Positions 18,818-27,800 of a DNA stretch of 31,498 nt are shown piece by piece. Under the pieces are notes generated by a model. The model did no database searches. It worked only from the letters and a program-made list of their open reading frames with translations, and was not told the DNA's origin. This stretch comes from a virus (lineage: Duplodnaviria > Caudoviricetes), in the IMG/VR virus record IMGVR_UViG_3300006919_000245, positions 1 to 31,498 of that record. One strand, written 5' to 3'. The position numbers and the translations under genes were made by a program. Numbering within the stretch: the first letter of the stretch is position 1; every line of letters starts with the position of its first letter.

Positions 18818-21800
18818 ATGTACGACGACTTATTTGAGTTGATGGTAGAGGGGGCATTTGCCAACAAAGCTGAGTTTGATGATTTTGTATCTGAGGCTTC
18901 TCAAGAAGAGATATACAGTTTAATTAAAGAGGGGGCTTTTAAAGATTTTGAAGAGTTTAAAAGTCTGTATTCTGCACCCGCACCTCAAGAAGCTGCGCCT
19001 CAAGAAGCCGCACCTGAAGTAAAAAAAAAAGATATTATGGAGCCATCTTTGGAAGATGGTTCATTGGTATCGCCCGAGTCTGAGCCTTCTGCTGAATTAC
19101 CTGAAGTTCCCGTATTGCCTGAAGATTTTGATTTAGCCGAAGAGGTTAAAAAATCACAGGAGATACAGCCAAAAGAAACTCGAGAAAGTGGTTACATAAA
19201 TCCAATGGAGACATTGGGTATGTACCCTGAAGAGGGTGCTGTTCAAAAAGCACTTGAGCAGTCTGCTCAAGACGCATTACTTACTCAAGCCAACATAGAA
19301 GCTGAAGCTCCTGCCCTCGAAGGGGTTTTAAAAGAAGAGGCTCGAAAAGAAGAATATCTTGAGAATGTAAGAAAAGAGGCTTCTATTGTAAATACGTTAG
19401 AGGGTCACGTTAAAAATTCTTTTGAATTAAAAAATCCTTATGAGATTGAGAGAAATCTTAAAGAAAGGTATAGTCGTTATGGATATTATTTTAAAAGAGC
19501 TTATGATGACAAGCTAACAATAATATCTCCTGATGGCAGAAAAAAAATTCAGGTTGATTTAAAAGCTCCTACTGAAGAACAAATTTCTTTGGTGGAAAAT
19601 TTTATAAACTCTCATTACAAATACGATAGGCTTAAGGATATAATAAAGGAGGGGTCTAATTTAACTAGCAAATATGCTGATGCTGCTAAAGTTAAAACCT
19701 CGAGAGAGGTTGGCAGGAGAAATAAAGATGGCTCTGTATCGACCGTGCTTATGGCTTCGGGAGAGGTTGATGGCGAGTATGTTGCTTTTCCAACCTTATT
19801 TCCTAAAGACCCCGAAAACTATGGAGCTGCTCCTGAGTATTGGCAAGAGCTTCCTTTCGATGAAGCCTTAGACTTAGCTAAAGAGAGGGGTGAGGTATAC
19901 TATTTTGATACTGATGAAGAGGCTAAAGAATTTGCTGAAGGCAGTTGGAAAGATGTAACTGATGCCGATTTTGAGGGTCATGCATTTTACGCAAAAAAAG
20001 GGTTGGACTATATGCGAGACAAGCGTATAGTTGACACCTATACCAAGGCGAGGGACATAGTCCTACTGATAGAAGATGATGAGGTCCCATTTAGACAGAA
20101 TGAGCTTACTCCTGAAGACCAAGAGAAGTATGCAGAGCTGTACATAAATGGCAAACGTAGAGAAGACTTACAAGATGTAAAGAATAAGTATGCTTCTACC
20201 GTAGAAACTCTTCAGAGAGAGTATTTGGATGACAAATACCAAGATGTTCGCGAAGACTTTGATGTCTATATGCAGAAGAGGTATGAGTCTGAAATACAAA
20301 AAGCGATTCAAGTAAATGAAATTGCTAAATCTCAGTTATCATCAGTAGCTAATAAGTCTTTGGAACTTTTTGGTGTTGCTGACCCCCGAAAAATACAGTC
20401 AGATAACGATGAAGCTGAGCTTCTGCTTTTGGAGTTTGAGGGAGCAAAGATGACCGCTGAGGCTGCTGCTGACCAATATGAAAAAGCTAAGCTGTTTTTT
20501 GACAACAAGCATGATAAGTCAGCTAAAAAAAGATATTCAGATAATTGGGAGGCTTTTACTGATGAGGTGAGTCAGAGTTACTCGCAGGGCAAAGTGGGAG
20601 AGGTTGTTCTGATGTACTCAATGATGCCCGAATTTATAAGTGGGTACAATTCTGATGACCCTGCATCAACGCGAAAGGTTGCTGAGGAGTTTGTCAAGCA
20701 CATGAGCAAAGAATCTGAGACAAAGTCTAGGGTTATGAGCCGTTGGCAGCGTGCTAGGGGTTTTGACGAAGCATTAGACGTTGTTTTGGATGACCCCGCT
20801 GAGTGGATGGCTACACTTGCCGGTACATCTTTAAGCCAAATGGCTCCTTATGGTGTTAAGATTGTTCCTGCTTTTGCGCTAGGAGGCACGGCTGTTGGGG
20901 CAGCAGTGGGTGCTGCTGCGGGAGGTGTGGGGGCTATCCCCGGAGCTGCTTTAGGTTTTAGCCGAGGTATGAGATTAGGTTTTGCGGCTACAAACTTTAC
21001 TTTGGAATACACCAACGCGGTTACTGATGCCATGAGAGAGCTTGGCTATGATGTTCTCAATCCCGAGGATGTGGCTAAAGCTTTAGAGGATAAAGATGTT
21101 TGGGATAAAGGGCGTAAGAAAGGCTTGGCTAGGGGTATACCTATCGCTGTTGTTGACTATATGTCTGCCGGATTAGCAGGCAGGGTGTTTAGAGTAAGCC
21201 CTGTAGCCACCCGTGGTAATAAGATTGCTCGCCAAACTGCTGAAAGATTTGTATTTGACCCTGCCGCAGAAGCTTTTGGAGAATTAACAGCTCAAATTAG
21301 CGCAGGTCAAGAGGTTGATTGGAAAGAAATAGCTGCTGAAGCAGGTGGAGGCCCTGCATCCAACACGGCATCTATGGCTGTAAACATGGCTATAGACGCT
21401 AGATTCAACAATGATGTTGAGTTGGCATCAAGGCTGACTGATTTTCAATACATGGCTAATGTTGGTGCTTCTAGTCAGAGGATTGCTGATTGGACCAACA
21501 ATATGCTTAAGCTTGGTAAGATTGACGAGGAGACGGCTAAGCGCATAAACGACAATGTGGGCGTTCTGAGAGAGGCTCAGCAGCTTTTGGGTGTCGGCAG
21601 AAGAGGTGGAAAATACAGGGGTCGCAATAAAGGAACTCTTGAGGGCAGGCTTTCTTTGTTGTTGGCTGCTCGGGCTGACTTTCAGGCCACTACTAACTCG
21701 AGAGAGGTTTATGCAGATAGAATTAGGGCAATCAATGATGAGATAAAGTACATCGTAGACAATAAGTCTATGCTGCCCGAAGACCAACAAGTGCTTTTAT

Positions 21801-24800
21801 TGGGGTACGAAGGTCAGGGGACTCAAAGTGCTTTGCCTACCTACACAATTAGGAGAGGGTTTAGGGATGTAAAAGTTACCCGAGAGGAGTTTCTTAGGAG
21901 GCTCAGAGAAATAGACAGCAAGGAGAAGTTTTCTAAGTTCAACGGGACGGTAGAAAATGATGAGGAGATTGCTGCTGAGATGATGAAGAAAGCTGAGCAG
22001 TTTCAGGAGGAAGAAGAGGTGGACTTGGAGGGTATGCCCGAAAAAGTCGAAGAAGAAACTGATGAAACGGTTGTCGAGCAGTCTCAGTCTCTTGAAGAGC
22101 TTTTGATTGAGCGTGGTATTCTCGATGAGGAGGTTGATGAGACAGATGAAGGGAAGACTGAAGAGGAGATAAAGGCTGAGAGGATTGCTAGAGACAGGCA
22201 GCAGCCTGAGCGTAAGCCACGCCCTAAGCCAACAGAAGAGCCTACTGCCGAGAAAAAAGTTTTTGCTCTTGAAATCATCGGCGAAAAGATGGTCAATGAC
22301 AAGGGCGTTCTTGGCACTATCAAAGAAGAGAATGGCGGTATAATTTGGGAGAGTGAAGATGGAACCGAGGTAATTGATGGCGGAGGTAGGGAGAATGCTT
22401 CTACTGTCACTATTGATGACATGAGGTTATCGTTTCCTCCTGATGTAACACCTGAAGCTCCCGTTGAGCTGACCCCTGAAACTAAGCAGGAGTTTGTTCC
22501 TGCTGAGCAGAAGACTCAAGAAGAGTTGGAGGTGATGAGTGAGTTGGAGGTTGAAGAGGCTAGGCGCAAAGTTGATGAGGATGTCCAAGAGTTTGAGGAT
22601 GCAATCTTGGATGAGATTGAGAGAGAGTCTGCAAACGAGAGAATCTTGTTCAAGTTTAAGGGCAGTGAATTTGCTGTATCCCAAAAGCCCGATGGGACAT
22701 TTGTTGTCTCTAAGAAAAACACCAACGGGAAGTATGTATCTGTATCTAACAAGAAACAGAGGGCGGATGTCATAGCTGAGTTTGAAGACATCAAAGAAGA
22801 CAGGGACAACGAGAGACTTAGGTTGGCTGAAGAGTTGGTTCTTGACTACAAGCAAGAGCTTTTAGAGCCATTTGGAGAGAAGGTAGAGAGACCGAAGGTA
22901 CAAGCACCTCCCAAGAAGAAGAGGAGGAAGTCTAGAAAAAAGGGAGAATCAGTTACCCCTAAGCAAGAAGCTGCTCCTGTGGTAGAGGAGGCACAGGTGC
23001 CCCCTAAAAAGAAATCTACCGCAAAGAAAAAATCAGAGACCAAGGTTGAGACAACCACTAAGCTATCTGTCAAGGAGCTTCAGCAACAGAAAGATGCTGA
23101 GACAGTTGCTGCTGCTAGGAAAAAGTACAATGTACCCGATGGTATAGAGCCTACAATAACCGAAAGAAAGGGCTCTGCTTTTAATGAAAATGACCTTTTT
23201 GATGAATATGAATATGAGCTTGAAGATGGCTCAGTAAGGAGAATAACATTTAAGAAGAACAAGAACGGAACGCTTTCTAAGAAAGGTGATACATCTTTTA
23301 CTTTCTCTTCTCGGTCAGTGAAACAAAAGAAAATAGAAGATAAACTTATTCCCATTTTTAGAGAGGCATTTGAAAAACTTGGAGCAAGGAAGTTTATAAA
23401 TATTTATAGCAAAACAATAGACCCGTTTTATCATATAGGCAGGAAAGAAAAAGGAACTTGGCTTTTCACTATTGAAAAGAATGCTACAATACCCCCTTTT
23501 ACTTTTGCATTTGAGACATCAAATTTGATTCTTGCTAAAGATGATGGTAAGTCAAAGCTTGATGAGTTTATAAAGCAAGTGGGGCTTGAGGGAAGTCAAT
23601 CTGTAGCTGAATACAATGAGTTTCTAAAGACTGTACCTATAAATGAGCAGGGTCTTATTGAAAAAGAAGCTGCTCCTGTAGCTGAGGAGGCTGCGCCTGT
23701 AGTTGAGGAGGTAGCTGAAGAGGCTGCACCTGTGGCTGAAGAAGTGGCAGAAGAGGTGGCAGAAGAGGTGGCTGAACCTAAGCGTGGTGTGCTACAGGAT
23801 GCTGAGTTTGAAAACATACTGAGACGTAGTCAGTTAAACCCTGACCTCCTTCAGAAAGAACTTGATGAGTTTGCTGAATATGAGCGTCAGATTGAGGAGC
23901 TTCAAGATTCTCCTGCTGAGCTTAAAAAGGTCAAGGCTAAGGAGGCTAAGCGAAAGAATGCTATCAAGAAAGCTAGGCGCGGCAAGATTGCTGAGATTGA
24001 AAAAGAGCAGGAGCAGATAAGGAAGGCTGAAGAGACAAAGAGAAAAGCTGAGGAGAGGAAGGAGACTAAGCGTGAGCTAAATACGGCAGAAAAACTGCGC
24101 TCAGAAATAGCTACCCTCACGAAGATTAGAGATAAATCTAAGGAGGGGACTGATGAATACAACAGGGTTCAGTCTGCTATTGATGAGAAGACCAAAGCCC
24201 TCAATAATTTATTGGGAGTAACGCCTGAGAGAAAGAAGAAGTCAGAGGCAACTATACAACCTAAGACAAGGCAACAGAAGAAAGCTGCTTCTGATTCCAA
24301 GAAGAAGCAGAATAAAATCTCAAAAATTGTAGCCAAGGCTAGAAAGGCTGAGTCTGACTTGACAGAGTTGAGCAAGCAGCTTATTGAGGCTCAAGAAAAG
24401 AAGCAGAAAATTTTTGATTCGGATAAGTTTAATCCGAGAGGGCTGAAAGCAGCAGATAAGAAGATAGCTTCATTGAGGGCTAAGATTGAAAAGCTTAATC
24501 AGTCCAAAAAGCAATTGGCTCAAGAGCTTAGCACCATACAGGGTATTCAGTTTCAGTTGAATACTAAGCCATCTGAAATAAATGTTCAGTTAAAGGAGCA
24601 ACTTTTAGAGTCAGCCATGAGAGTCATGGATGAAATCGGCTTCGAGGAAACAGGTATCACCCTGACTAGACCATTTGAATCGTACCCTATCAATGTCACT
24701 GAGAATGTGAGGTTGGTAAAGCGGGCGGGACGTATGCCGCTAATTGAACTTGTTGGTAGTAGAGTAAATCTGCTTATGGCTGACAGGCTTAAGGTAGATG

Positions 24801-27800
24801 AGAATAGAATGGGAGGCCCTCTGTTTGCTTTTCAGGATGGCATATTTGGGTACAACATAGCTTGGGCATCTATTGACGAGGGTGCTGCTAGAAGGATAGC
24901 GAGAGGAGCCGCGAACTCAGACTATAGCGTGGTGTACAACATGAGTTCCACCGGGATAGATTCAAACATGGTTTTGTTTGACTTGCTATTCGAGAAGATT
25001 GAAGCTACACGCAGACCTAGAAAGATTTTTAGGATGATGATGGAGCGTATGCAGACATTGAGATTTGATGAAAAAGCTAGTGAAACTGTTTTAACTGAGA
25101 AGATTCATGCCATAGCCAAGAAGTCGAAGGATGTAAAGACTTTTCTTGCGGAGGTAGAGAAGCTCGGGGCTGATGCTCGCTCTAGCATATTCAAGAAAGT
25201 TACTCCAACATCAGATGTAAATTCGAGGGATGCGTTTTTGAAAATTCTTCAAGAAGAAAACATCAACGCAGACACACTGAGAGCTGAACTCTCAGAGCAG
25301 CTTGCTGACGACCTACCCATGGGGTCACTCATTACTGTGCTTAAGATTACAGACAAGCAAGGCAATCCTGTTACTAACGAAACCATTGACGAGGCTTTGG
25401 TCTTTAGAGATGAGCAGAAGAAGATGGGTGTAAAGGAACACAGAAACTATCCCGTGTACTTGAGGGGTTATCCTGTCGCTATACTTTCAGATACTGCTCC
25501 GTTTTGGAATATGAGTGAGGCTTCTCTGAACGATATAAACAATCAGCTTTCACTTATATCCAAGGAAGACTTAAGTTTTAGCGAGATTACTAGAAGATTG
25601 GAGAGGTCAGCTCAGTTTGGTGCGAACAAAGTTTTTGAGGTTCAGTCCCCTACAGATATTCAGTACGCATCTTTTGTAGAAAAGCTCTCAAGCGCATTCC
25701 CTACGCTAGAGGTTGCTGCTACAAAGCAGGAGTTTGAAAGACTACTGAAAGACCCCGAGGTCAAGAAGCTTACCACAAAAAGCCAAAAGATATATGGTGC
25801 TGTGTATCAGGGTAAGCTGTACTTAAATCCTAGCCTCGCCAATTACAATACACCTGTCCACGAATTTGGTCACGTTTGGATGAATGCGGCTAAGGAATTG
25901 AGACCCGACCTGTACAAGAAGGGTATTGAGCTTGTAAAGAAGAGTCAATACATTGAACAAGTAACAAACAGTGCAGATTATTCTCAACTAATTGCTAGGA
26001 TGAAGAGGCAGGGTATGCCTCAAGCCGAGATAGATGCTTACATAGCAGAGGAAGCATTAGCAACCGCCATAGGAGATAAGGGAGAATCATTTGTAAACGC
26101 TGCTCAAAAAAGAAACTTCAAGTCTTGGCTCAATGACCTGTTCAAGTTCATCAAGAAACTGACAGGGATATCTAAGTTTACTGAAGAGCAAGTTCAGAAC
26201 TTGACATTTGATGAGTTCTTGCAGGGTGTGGTCGTTGACCTCATGTCTGAGAATGAATTGTTTGAAGGCGCAGAGAGTGCAAAGTTGGCGAGTACCCTTC
26301 AGCTTATGTCTGCTCCATCAAATCAGACAATGATAAACATCATTGAAACCGCTAGAGCTTCCGGCAAACATTCAGATGCTACGATAAAAGAGTTCTTGAA
26401 GGCGAAAGGCTACAAGGTTGATGAGATAGATGCAGCTCTCGCTGACAAGGCGAGATATTTTGAGCTGATGCCCGAGTCATTTAGGAAGATTGTAGGTGGC
26501 TATAACGCAGCATCTAAGTTGTTCAATGAAACTAGATTGGCTTTGGCTGAGTTCAAGAAGAAGACTCAGGCAACCAACTCTGAGGTGAGGGCGAAGGCAA
26601 AGGAACTGCTCGAGTCACATTCTGTATTCAACGAGCAGACAGAACAGGTTCAGAAAGAGATACTGCTTGGCTTCGACAATATGCTAGGCATAAAAGCCAA
26701 TAAGAATGTAGCTCAAGAGATAGCCAATATCAGAAACAATCTGAAGCAGAGGAAGATAGCGGTCAAGAATTTGAAGGCTGAGCAGAAAGCTATGAGAGAT
26801 TTCATACGGAGAAATCTCATACTATCTAAGAACTATAGCAGTGCTGATGTAGTAAAGCTTTTGAATGCTCTAAGTGATGCCACTACTCCCGAGAAATTTG
26901 GAGCGGTAGCACTAAAAGCTCTGAATATAATAGAGCGTCAGAAGGTTGTGAAGAAGAAAGACTTGATATCGGAGATTAAAAAATTAGTTACTCGTAAGAC
27001 TATAAAGAATCCACCCGACAACAACCAACGAGTCAGGCCGAGGGGTCTCGATGCTCAGGGAGAATCTTTCTTTACACAGGCTCAGCGCATAGTTGATGCG
27101 TACATGAACATTGACAAGTTTCCTCGTAAAATACAGGAGATAGAGAATGAGTTGGCATCCCAAGAGGGGTTGATATCAGAGCTTCTAGGTAAGGAAGAGA
27201 GGGGCGAAAGAAGAACCTCTGAGGAGCAGAGCCTCCTTGACTTGGCCTACGCCTACGACATATTGGGGGGCATGGACTCCATGACTGCCGATGAGGTTTC
27301 TGATGTTCTAGATGCCCTGAAGGGCGAGAAGAAGAAGTCAGCAATAAGGCTCAAGGAATCTAGACTCGCTAGGAAAGCCAAGTATGATGCGGTAATTGGC
27401 GAAGCGAATAGGCAGTTGATGGACAGTAATCCGTTGTTGTTCAACGAAGATGGTAAGCCTAGAAACACCAATGAGATTCAAGAGAAGAAAGATGAGATAG
27501 CTGAGACCTTCCTCAAGAGAGGTTTCTTGAATGCTATTAAGACTTTGAAAAACTCTTATGATGTTAGTAGCAGGGCTTCAATATTTAAGTCTTTGTCTAC
27601 TAGTCTGAAGTCTTTGAAAACATTTATGAATCGTCTTGATAGAGTTACAGAGGGTAAAAATGTCTTTACCAAGAATGTGTATGACAAAATCAACATGATG
27701 ATTGAGGTGAGGAATGACTACAACAGGAAGACCTTATCAGACTTAGATTCCATAGCTAGAGATGCGGGATTCAAGAACTATGTAGCTCTGAAGAAAGCTC

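Noticed and set aside
22905-22942. PPKKKRRK resembling a eukaryotic nuclear localisation signal
   Set aside because: The context is a bacteriophage. It is part of a Lys-rich low-complexity linker, more likely nucleic-acid binding or coincidental.
23664-23777. Repeats as a CRISPR array or DGR template
   Set aside because: They are in-frame degenerate coding repeats without spacers. No cas or reverse transcriptase gene is in the window.
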